Source of the DNA: Callorhinchus milii
Lineage: Eukaryota
Direction of reading: 5' to 3'
Assembly: GCF_018977255.1 (NCBI RefSeq)
Contig: NW_024704742.1
Span: forward strand, 12,774,001-12,838,000
Length of the DNA stretch: 64,000 nt
This document shows, in pieces, positions 23,001-35,000 of this stretch. Each line of letters opens with the position of its first letter. Within the stretch, counting starts at the first letter, position 1. The translations under genes were made by a program, and so were the position numbers. The notes under the pieces are model-generated. The model saw nothing but the letters and a program-made list of their open reading frames with translations. It did not search any database and had not been told where the DNA came from.

Positions 23001-26000
23001 CTGTAACGGTACAATATAGTGCTTAACACTATAATAGGTCGAATTCCAGATACTGAGAAAGTGAAAGGTAAATTTAGAAAAATCAAGATTAAAGCCAATA
23101 TTTTTTTTCAGCCTTATTTTCTTTGTGAGTTATTATTTCACCTGGTAGACACTTTTCCCAGAGAAGAAAGCAGTGGGAATCACTTAAGCCTCGGGGAATG
23201 TTACTGAATTACTGGTCTTTCGGAGGTGTGTAGGAGCGTCTGTTGGTTGTCTGATTGTCTTCTCTCCCTGTGGGGAAATACTTATGTTGTGTTGGGTGTT
23301 TGGCTGTGGTAGTGCAGCTGAGATGGCAATGCACAGTTTGGGGATTCCTGGGTGCTCACCCACCCATGTCCCGTCACCCTGGTGCTCCAGCACTTTGCAC
23401 TCCTTGCTGTCTGTCCAAGATCCTAGTGACCCTAACTTGTGAAAAGGAAATGTAAAACCCAGTCGAATTTCTTGCAAAGAATCAAATCCGAGTTACAGTG
23501 GTTATTTTAGGGATTGTGCTGAGATTTGAGAGTTGCTAGCCATCTTTGCGGAGCCCAAAAAATTTAGAACTTAAAAAAAAGTAGTCGGGTACCACAGCAT
23601 CAGACCACATAGCTGAGTGAGGTCTCTGATGGGGGTTGATTCAGTGCAGTAAATCAAATGTCATTTAGGGTATAATTTTAAAATAATAGTGCAGTAATAC
23701 AGTAAAATTTGGATACGTCTAATCTATATAGCGTTCCAGGACGCTATCCCCCATGAAGCGTGCTATATATATATATATAAACGCAAAATACTGCAGATGC
23801 TAGCTATCTGAAATAAAAACAGAAGTTGCTGGGAAAACTCAGCAGGACAGGCAGCATCTATGGAGAAAGGAAAGTGAGGCAATGTTTAAGGTCCATGACC
23901 CTTAGTCAGAACTGGGGCATGTTGGGAGAGAGAGGCTTTTATTATGTGTGTGTGTAGATATATATAATGTGTGTGTGTATATACATATATAAAAATAAAT
24001 GCCAATTGTTGGATATAAATCATATAATTGGATAAGTCATACTTCTGCCCAAGTCCTGTTCAGGAGTTTATATTCTATGCAAGTTTGACATAACTCGTAC
24101 TTTGCACAAGTCATATTAAATGTATGATCCCAACGTCTGTGAGGTTTACTGTGTTCATTGCTTGTGGTCAGCTAGAAATATTTCGTTATATACATTTTGT
24201 TATCGTCACGCAGTGTTCCCCCTCCCTTGCCTCTTTCAAGACCCATCTCAAGACCCTCCTCTTTGACCATGCTTTTGATCACCCTGCTTCCTCCCGCCTT
24301 CCACCCTCCCCAATTCCAACCCCCAGCTCGGGTCTGAAACTCTGACTGTTCAGAGCCTTGGGACATCCTCCCGACGTGTAAGGCGCTATACAAATGTAAT
24401 TTTGTTGTTGTTTCGTCCACGAAACATACAGTCAATTTATTGTGAAGGATGCTTAACATCTTCAGCATCTTTTATTGGCATTTCTGTAGAGTTTGATGCA
24501 CATTTTTTTTCTGTCCTCAGATTGATAAAAAGATCATGCATAAGGTGGGAATGGTGCAACGGATCCGTAATGAAGTAGAGATTCACTGTCAATTAAAGCA
24601 TCCATCCATACTGGAGGTAAAAAAATACCCGCTACTTTCAACCAGCTGCTTTTATTTAGTTTGTTGGGAAAATAAGACAAATGCATGACTCTTGTTTTCT
24701 TTCAGCTTTACAACTATTTTGAAGACAATAACTATGTTTATCTCGTACTTGAGATGTGTCACAATGGAGAAATGAGCAGATATTTAAAGAACAGGAAAGC
24801 TGCTTTCTCAGAAGATGAATGTAAGTGAGTTTCCTCTTCCAAAAACAATTGAGGAATATATTAATTAATGAAATTCATATTCATGCTTATGCTTGTTCAA
24901 CAGCTCGACACTTAATGCATCAGATCGTCACTGGAATGCTCTACCTCCACTCTCACGGCATCCTACACCGGGACCTCACTCTTTCTAACCTTCTACTTAC
25001 CGGTGACATGAACGTAAAGATTGCTGATTTTGGACTAGCAGCACAGTTGAAAATGCCAAATGAAAAGCACTTCACAATGTGTGGCACTCCCAATTACATC
25101 TCTCCTGAGATTGCAACCCACAGCGCTCATGGCCTGGAATCTGATGTGTGGTCTCTTGGGTGCATGTTTTATACCTTTCTTGTTGGCATGCCACCATTTG
25201 ATACTGACACAGTGAAAAACACACTGAACAAGGTAATGTTGGCAGATTATGAAATGCCAAACTTCATTTCAAAAGAAGCTCAAGATCTGATCTGCCAGCT
25301 GCTTCGAAAAAATCCTGCAGACCGCATTAGTTTGTCTGGTGTTTTGGACCATGCATTCATGATCAAGTGTTCTTTATCCAGGAATAAAGATTTAGGGAAT
25401 ACAGAGGACTCCATGGACAGTGGGCATGCTACAATCTCGACTGCATTTACCGCAGGAACAGGATCTGGCATTAGCTCAATGGGACGCTTGCATCAAAAGA
25501 CCAAACACATCATCGGACAGTGTCTTCCGAACAAGATGGCTGTTATCACCTCACAGAACAAAATTACCAGTGCTTCTTCATCCATGGAGGGCATTTCAGT
25601 CTTCAATGAAAGAGGAGCTCAAAGGGTTGAAGTTTCCAAGGGCGGTAGAGGAAGAACTGTAAAACAGACAGAGGAAGAACGACCTCACTCTCGCTGGCTC
25701 CGAAGAGCACACTCCACAGATCGGTCTGGTACCTCTCAACATCACATACTGGGAAAGCCAGATAACATGGAGCGATCTCATTCTGTTGAAGCTCTCACAA
25801 AGTCTGCCAGACCTGGAATTTACAGTCCAGCAGACATCTCGAGAGACACAGATGTTTGGCCTTTTTGTACAGGTGCTGTAGGAAGCTTTGGCTCCGACGG
25901 CACATGTAGAATTTCTCCACCAGTGAAACAGACAGCAAAGTAAGTAATGGTAAACCACTGCTCTGTTGGGAGGAAAGGAGCAGTTTAAAACTATGGGGGT

Positions 26001-29000
26001 AAAATTAGCCTGATTCTTCTTTCAAAGCTGGCGTACCCTGTTGCCCACCAGGTGGCAGCACACTCCTGAGTGGTTGCTTCCTTTTGAGGCCCCATTGCCT
26101 CCCATTTTTTGAATCCCGAATGGGAGATTAACAGGTTTCTGATTTCAGAACTACTGTGTGTACAGAGTTCCAGGGCTGGATCTATAGGGAAATATTTTTG
26201 GACCTATTTATAATGTGGGTGTTGAAGTTGTAAATTATGGATCATCTGTCAGACTCTTTTGTGTTGGGTATTTCTTATAATAATTTGATAATAATCATCC
26301 TTACATTTGATATAACGCCTTATCACATATTCGAGACGTTTCAAAGCGCTTGATCGTTCTAGGAGGACTAAACTTGGCTTATTTTTATCAATCAGCCAGA
26401 AGGCCTTGAGCCCATCCTGTTTGATTGTTTAAAAGTTAATCAAACATTGTTTAAAAGTTAATCAAACACCCGAGAGAAGGAGTTTAAAATTAAATAAATA
26501 ACGATTATAAAAGTTCTTGCAGTGGGTTAACTTGTATCAGATAAACTGTCTAGGTTGGAGAATTCTGTAACCAGGGATAATAATCTCTTCTAAATGGGCT
26601 TAACAGGTTTCTGATTTTAGAACTACAGTATGTACAGAGTTCCATGGCTGGATCTACAGGGAAATATTTTTGGATGTATTTATAATGTGGGCGTTGAAGG
26701 CCATGGTTAATTTGAGTGATTGGGAGAAAAGTTTTGGCTCATGCAGAGTCAGGTCATATGTGTAGGCTAAAAAAAGACATTTTTAAAATTCACCTTGTCG
26801 TCAGCTTCTTTCAACTCGCTTATAAAAGACTAATCTTTTCTCCTTTTATTTTCAGCCCAAATTTTGCTTACCAGCACATTTCCAATGTGCTTCCCTTGAA
26901 GCAGACGGCACAGGCTGATGCAGCACAGCAGTGGTTTGAAAATGCTCAGGTGCCAAATGGTACCTAATAATGTTAATATAAACTATTTCTGTTTAAGTAC
27001 TTTTCATTTTGTTTTTTCTCTTTCCCCCCCCCCATTTCCTCTCCTGCAGTTTATTTATGCCACACACTTTCATCAGCTAAAGTGAATGGCTAGAAGCTTG
27101 CTTGCAGCCTTCTGCCAATACCATCCTACAGCTGGCCAAGTGGTAGTGTGCAGATGGACATATGGCAACTGGTTCTTTGTGTTTTCAGAGCTGCAATTTA
27201 TTTGTCATGTGGGTTGCTTGTTGGCAAGTCAACAAGGGGGAATAAACATAAGAGAGCTGATCTAATCTGAAAGGGTGTTTAGGGGGAAGGTCTTTATACA
27301 GAGTTGGTGTTTGCAACTGAGGCAGCTCCAGCTCAGAGTGGCTGAGCTGGAATCCGAGGTGCAGACACTACGGAGTATCAGAGACAGTGAGTGCTTCCTG
27401 GATAGCTACATCCTGGAGCCAGTCACTCCCCTGAGGGAATATACAGTCAACATTGGTTATGGTCAGGATAGGTCAATGGACAGTCAGGAGGACAACGGAA
27501 AGGGTGGTAGTAAATCCGGCATTAACCTTGAACAACAGGTATGAGATCCTCGGTACTTGTATCGACAAGGAAGCTGGTGAGGTGGAAGGAAAAACTACCT
27601 CTAACACTGGGGCAAGCGAGCGGATGGTTGTCGTCATTGGGGATGAGACTATTAGACAGGCAGACCCAATCATCTGCAACCCCAACCAGAAGACCCGAAG
27701 GCTTTGTTGCCTCCCTGGGGCCAGGGTGAAGGATGTCTCGGCAGGGCTAGAGGATAATTTAAAATACAAGGGCAAGGATCCGTTGGTGGTACTTTACACA
27801 GGTACCAATAACATCGGTAGAGTTGGCCAAGATGACTTGAGAAGGGAATTCGAAGAGCTGGGGTCCAAATTGAAGTCGAGATCATCGAAGGTGGTCATAT
27901 CAGGACTGCTGCCTGTACCATACGACAATTGGTACAGGAATGAACAAATTAAGGACTTGAATGCATGACTAAAAGAGTGGTGTGGAACTCAGGGGTTTCT
28001 TTTTATGGGCCATTGACACGAGTATTGGAGGAAAAGAGAGTTCTTTCAGAGAAAATTGTGCTGGGACAACTGTTCTAGCCAAACAAATTAACAGGGAAAC
28101 AAATAGGAATTTAAACTAGTAAAGGAGGGAATATATAGGTAAGAGAAACCATAAGTTAGCATTAGAAAAAGTAAAGGTGACAGTGCAGAATAGCATGCCA
28201 GATAATAGGAATATGTTAACTAGGGGTAAGAAGCTTGGCAAAGCAGATAAGGAATCAGAGAGTAGAGGAAATGGTAGGAAATTTTAAATGTTATATCTGA
28301 ATGCGCGAAGCATTCAGAATAAAACTGATAAATTAAAAGCACAGATAGACACATATGGGCACGATCTAGTAGCCATCACTGAAACATGGTTACAAGGAGA
28401 TCTAGGGTGGGAGTTAAATAATCCAGGGTTTCTCAGTTTACAGGAAAGATAGGCACTGTGGGAAATGAGGTGGGGGGATAGCCCTCTTAATTAGGGGTGA
28501 AATGAAAGCAGTGGAGAGGAAGGATCTGAAATCCGATGACCAGGAGGTCAAGACAATATGGGTGGAAATAAAAAATACGAAAGGGCAGAAAATATTAATG
28601 GGAGTGGTTTATAGACCCCAAACAGTGATCACAATATAGCAGAGTATTAATCAGGAAATCAGTAGAGAATCTAGGAAAGGTAAAGCGATATTAGTGGGTG
28701 ATTTCAATCTCCACATAGATTGGGAAAACCTAATTGCCAAAAGTAGGTCAGAAGAAGAGTTCATTGAGTGTATAAGAGATAACTTTCTAGAGCAGCATGT
28801 CGAGGAACCAACCAGGGGATAGGCCATCCTAGACCTTGTTTTGTGTAACGCAACAGGGCTAGTCAGCAGTGTAGGTATTAAGAATCCTTAGGGCAGAGTG
28901 ATCACGATATGATTGAATTCTGCATTAAGTTAGAGAGGGATATAGTTAAATCCCAGGCAAGTATTCTGAATTTAAATAGGGCTAATTTTGTAGGTATGAG

Positions 29001-32000
29001 GAAAGATTTAGGTAAAATAGACTGGAGTATAAGATTAAGAGGTAAAAATGTAGACCAACCGTGGCAAATATTTAAGGATGTAGTGCAAAATTCTCAGCGG
29101 TCGCATATTCCCTTGCGGAATAAGAGTACCACAGGGAAAGCAATTCATCCGTGGCTAACTAGAGCAGTTAGGGAAAGCATCAAATTAAAAGAAAACACTT
29201 ATAAAACTGCCAAGAAAAGCAGCAAATCTGAAGATTGGGAGAGTTTTAGAAACCAGCAAAAAAAACCTAAACTCATTAAGAGCGAGAAAAAGGAGTATTG
29301 TAAGCTAGCTAGGAACGTTAAGTCAGATTGTGAAAGTTTTTACAAATACATTAAGAGGAATCGGCTAGTGAGGGTAAATGTAGATCCACTTCAATCAGAG
29401 ACGGGAGAAGTTGTAATGGGGGATAAGGACATAGCAGAGTCCCTAAATGGGTACTTTGCATCTGTCTTCACCCTAGAAGACACAACAAGTTTGCCAACAA
29501 TAGATATGCACCAAGGAGATAAGGACAGGGAGCAACTTAGGGAAATTTTCATTAGTAGAGAATTGGTGCTAGGGAAACTGTTAGCACTAAAAGTGACAAA
29601 TCCCCTGGTCCGGATGGCTTACATCCCAGGGTTTTAAAAGAGGAGCTTATGAGATAGTGGAGGCCTTGTGTCTGATCTTCCAAAATTCCTTGGATTCTGG
29701 AACAGTCCCCATGGATTGGAAGATCACAAATGTCACACCACTATTTAAAAAGGTGGAAAGGAAAAGATGAGGAACTATAGGCCAGTTAGTCTCACATCAG
29801 TGATTGGAAAAATTTTAGAATCATTGATTAAGGATGTGGTAGTGCGGTATTTAGGGGAGCACAATATAATTAGGCCAAGTCAACATGGCTTTACAAATTT
29901 TGAGGATATTTTGAGTAAACTAGATATGGGTATATCGAGTAAACTAGATAAGTGGATGTGGTCTATTTGGACTTCCAGAAGGCATTCGATAAGGTGCCGC
30001 ACAAAAGGTTAGTCCAAAAGATAGGGGCCCACGGAATTGGGGGGAGCATATTAGCGTGGATTGGGGAATGGTTAACGGGTAGGAAACAAAGAATAGGGAT
30101 AAACGGGTCCTTTTCAGATTGGCGGGATGTGACGAGTGGAGTGCCACAAGGATCAGTCCTTGGGCCTCAGCTATTTACCATCTACATCAACGATCTAGAT
30201 GAGGACATCGAAGTTAATATATCTAAATTCGCAGATGACACAAAACTAGGAGGAAGTGTCAACACAGAGGACGACATTAAAAAAATGCAGCGCGACATAG
30301 ATCGGTTAGGTGATTGGGTAGGTAGGTGGCAGATGAAGTATAACGTAGGGAAGTGCAAATTCATCCACCTAGGGAGCAAAAACAGTAGAGCAGGTTATTT
30401 TTTAGAAGGGGAGCGATTGGAATGTGTTAGCGTCGAGAGGGACTTGGGTGTCCTTGTACACCAATCACAGAAAGTTAGTCTGCAGGTGCAGCAGCAATTA
30501 GGAAGGAGAACGGGATGTTAGCATTCATTATGAAAGGATTAGAGTATAAGAGTAGGGAAGTCTTGCTGCAACTGTATAGGGCCCTGGTGAGACCACACCT
30601 GGAATACTGTGTGCAGTTTTGTCTCCTTATTTAAGGAAGGATGTACTTGCCTTGGAGGGGGTGCAGCGTAGATTTACAAGGTTAGTACCAGGGATGAAGG
30701 GGATGAGCTACGAGGATAGGCTGACCAATTTGGGGCTATATTCTCTTGAATATAGAAGAATTAGAGGGGATCTTATAGAAACCTATAAGATCATCAAAGG
30801 GCATGATAGAGTAGATAGTGGGAGATTGTTTCCCCTGGTTGGAGAAACTAAAACCAGGGGTCACAATCTTAAAATCAGAGGCAGCCCTTTCACACTGAGT
30901 TGAGGAAGAACTTCTTCACTCAAAGGGTGGGGAATGTATGGAACTCACTACCCCAAAGGGCTGTTGATGCTCAGTCCTTGAACATATTCAAGACTGAGAT
31001 AGATAGATTGCTTATTGCAAAAGGAATTAAGGGATATGGGGATAAGGCAGGGTCAGGTTATTAGCTGGAGTTAGATTAGAAGATCAACCATGATTGAATG
31101 GCGGGGCAGGCTCGAAGGGCCGAATGGTCTACTCCTGCTCCTACATGTTATGTTAATGTGGAATTCAATTCTGGAAGCTGTGGTTGAAGCAATGCATATT
31201 GGTGTATTTAAGAAGAAAAGCTCATGAGTGAGATGAGAATAGTGGGGAATAAAAGCAGTGTGGTGTATAAACACCATCATGGGTAGAATGTCTGGTTTCC
31301 ATGCCATATCATTCTGTGTACTTGTATATGAATAAGGAGCTAAAACAGATTAAAACAGATCATGTCAATCTTTTACATTGTTCATTTAGATTTAATTAGA
31401 TTTTTTAAAACAATTTCCCCTTGTAGGTACGTTCAAAAAACCAGTGGATGTCAGTTCCCTCAGCAATGCCAGTGGAAGTTTCCTCAGTGGAAGAAGGCAC
31501 CAAATTCAAAATGAAGCAGTTTTAGTGAAGGCATGGGGGAAAAATCCAGTCAGCAAATTCAAAACTGATCCACTTCACAGGGACCATTTCAACAAGCAGA
31601 CGATTCAGAGATGTGAACAGGTGCCACTAAAACATCCCAGACAGGGGGATTACAGGCAACCGGATGCAAAGTATGACACTCATCCAGTGTCCAAACAAGA
31701 ACATTCCGTGCAAAGTGAAATGCAACACACTGAATACCAAATGAATGCGTTATGTGACAAGGTGTCGCCTTTGAGAGCACATAGGCTTAAACCAATTCGA
31801 CAGAGAACAAAAAATGCAGTGGTAAGAATTTGCAAAATGAACTCCTTAAAATCATTTGGAGATTTTTACATTGTAATGGATTTGTTACAGATTTGTTTGC
31901 CAAATAGAAGATTGACAATTTAATTAAACACTGTCACCAGTCTCACTCACTGGTTGTAGCACTTTTATTGCAGGAAATGAGCAATCTGAGTCATCCACAC

Positions 32001-35000
32001 GTTTGCATTAGATACATTTTCTCTCGTCTTCGGATTTTTTTTGTGGGATGAAGATATAACATGTAGATGTGACCATTCTGTACTCCCACATGCTCACCTC
32101 AAAATGGTAATATTTTAACCAATGTTGACTAGGGACTTTTATTAATTTTGTTAATAGCCTGTTAATTCCTTTCAATATCTGGTGCTTCAGAAACTTACAT
32201 CGGCAAATAAACATAGGCATATTTTAATAGAATTTTTAGGGAGCTTTCATGAGTTCCGAGAGCCAACTTTGCAAATCTAAATGCTTTCTTTCCATCAGTA
32301 AATCATAGAATACACTTGAAAATTGGCATTTTACTCAACATGTTCTGGCTCCAAATCCCCCAAATAAAATTGGTCATTTGTTTCAAGGCTGTTTGTGGGA
32401 CATTGCTTCCACATTTGCCTATAAAATAATAATAATAATAATCTTTGCATTTGATATAGTGCCTTATCATGTCTTTGAGACGGCTCAAAGCGCTTCACAG
32501 AATATACTGTAAAGTGAATTGACTGTATATTTTGCGGGCGAAACGCGGCAGCCAATAATAATAAGATGAACCACAAAGTGCAGTTGTGACAACAGATTTA
32601 TCATGAGTGCTCAACAACTTGAAGACATACTTTTACTTGAGTTTTGTTTAAAACCTAGCCTGAGATTCTAGACTAAGACCTACCATGTTATAATTGAGTT
32701 TCTCTATATTGTGCACTTGGTGTCATTTAAAATATGTTTATTTGATTTGAAATGGCTAACATTTTTGTGTTGCAATAATTCATCTATTTAATTTACTCAT
32801 TTTTCAGGTGAGTATCCTTGACACAGAAGAAGTGTGTATGGAGCTTCTGAAAGGAAGCGGTGCTCAGGAACGTGTGAAGGAAGTGCTTAGAATATCCTGC
32901 GATGGATACACAGTAAGGTTTCTTTTGTAGTGTCTATTTTGATTTATCCTTACTGTAAGGAGAGGGTCTGTATGATAGCTTTGGAACTCTCTCCCCTAGT
33001 CTCTCTGCCTTGTCTTCTCCTTCTCCTCTTTTAGATCGACTGAAGACCTTCCTCTTCACCGTGCTTACAGTCACGGTCACCTCCTCCCTCTCCGGAGTGC
33101 TCCAAGACGTTGCCCCGCCTGAAGGGCGTTATATAATGCAAATTTTTAAGTGAACTCTGAAAGGCTCATTTTATCTCAATCAGAATTCTCATATTGATGG
33201 TTTAAAATTTCCAATAACTATCTGAATTGGCTTTAAGAATACCCAGCTCCTCTGAAAGAGCGTTTCTGCTTCAAGTTATTTCCATTATTTTACAATAATG
33301 TCTATCAGTTTGGGCTCAAATGTGAAGAAGAAAGATGCTATGCAGATCAGTTTGTTTATAAGAACAACATAGATTCTGTTTTACTGCTTCACAGATTCAT
33401 ATTTATCATCCTAATGAGGGAAGAGGCTTCCCACTGGACGACCGGCCACCATCTGCCCCAGAGGATGTATATGTTTACCATTTTGATAATTTACCAGGTA
33501 TCTATTGCTGAATAAACTGCCAAACAAATCTCTTTGACTTTTTGAAAGTGAAGTCCTGTGAATTGTTTTGATATTTCATAGATATTGAACTGATTGAAGA
33601 CTTCAATCAACAAGAAATGTTTTGGTGTAAACCAGCCTGTTGTTTTTTCACCTTGATGTTGATAATAATAATAATCCTTGCATTTGATAGCGCCTTATCA
33701 CATCGTCGATGTCTCAAAGTGCTTCACAGAATATACTGTAAAGTGAATTGACTATTTTGTGGGTGAAATTATTATAAATTGTTGATCACAAGCTAATGTG
33801 AAAAAACAGAAGTCTTGGGGCTGACTATCTTCCTGTAATTTTTTATGAACCTATAATCTTATATGCACTGAATTTTTAGGATGTTGAATTTCTAAAAATG
33901 CTGCTTATATGAATGTTTGCTAGCACAGCTGCCCAATGGCTAAAGGTGTGGTATCACTGATACTGTTTTACTTATTTTTTCAGAAAAATTTTGGAAGAAA
34001 TACCAATATGCATCTAAATTTGTCCACTTGGTGAGGTCCAAAACGCCAAAGGTTACCCTGTACACTAAATATGCCAAATGTATGTTAATGGAGAATGGCC
34101 CAAAAGCTGATGTCGAAGTCCTCTTTTATGATGGTGAGGAGTAGTGTAGGAATGTTATTTTTATCACCAATTGCTTTTGTTTAGTATGTATTCTTTAATA
34201 TTTTCAAACCTTCATTAATAGGAGGAAAAATCAACAAGACGACCGAGTTCCTTCGCATCGTAGAGAAATCTGGGAAGTCGTATACTTTTGATGGAGGAAA
34301 ATTGAATGGCTTAAATGAAGAAGCAAAAATATATGTGGAACATGCACACAAGGTAAACAAATCCATCTATTTCATGGTATGATTCTTTTTAATAATCCCC
34401 TGGAGTACCCTATCACATTGAATTGTCTTAAAGCATTTCACAGTTTTCTGGAAAGTGATATTTATTTGTAAGGTGAACTGCGCAACCAATTTGTACATAG
34501 AAATATCCCACAAGCAGCTATAAAGTGAATTACTAATTTTTATTTGGAGGACTGTTGGCCTGGATACCAGGAAAAGCTCTCTTTTTGAGTATTGTCATAG
34601 GATCTTTAATGTCCAACTGAACAAGCAGACATGAATGTAGTATTAAATATTCTGTGTATTCCAGTAGGTGAAATGGATATTGTTGCAGATAATGCTATAA
34701 TGTTGGTAGTTTGTGCCTGAGGCTGCAGTTTGAAAGCTGCAATTATATAATGCAGCCCTGCTATATCGGGCAAATCGCTTATAATACGATTGCATTGTGT
34801 ACCCCATCCAGTGTGTGTGCACACAGCTGTTGGTCACATGCATACGTAGTGAAAGCTGCTGCCACGCTTTGTTTGCCGGATGGGGATTTAATCCCAATCA
34901 CCATGTTATAATGAGGATGCACTGTATTAAACTTGAAATCTGTATAAATATAATTTTGCATCCATTCCACAGGCCCATCAGACATGCCTCGAACTGGAAT

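Noticed and set aside
26950..26955. Alternative exon 6 donor CAG|GTGCCA
   Set aside because: Phase 0 is incompatible with exon 7, which needs phase 1.
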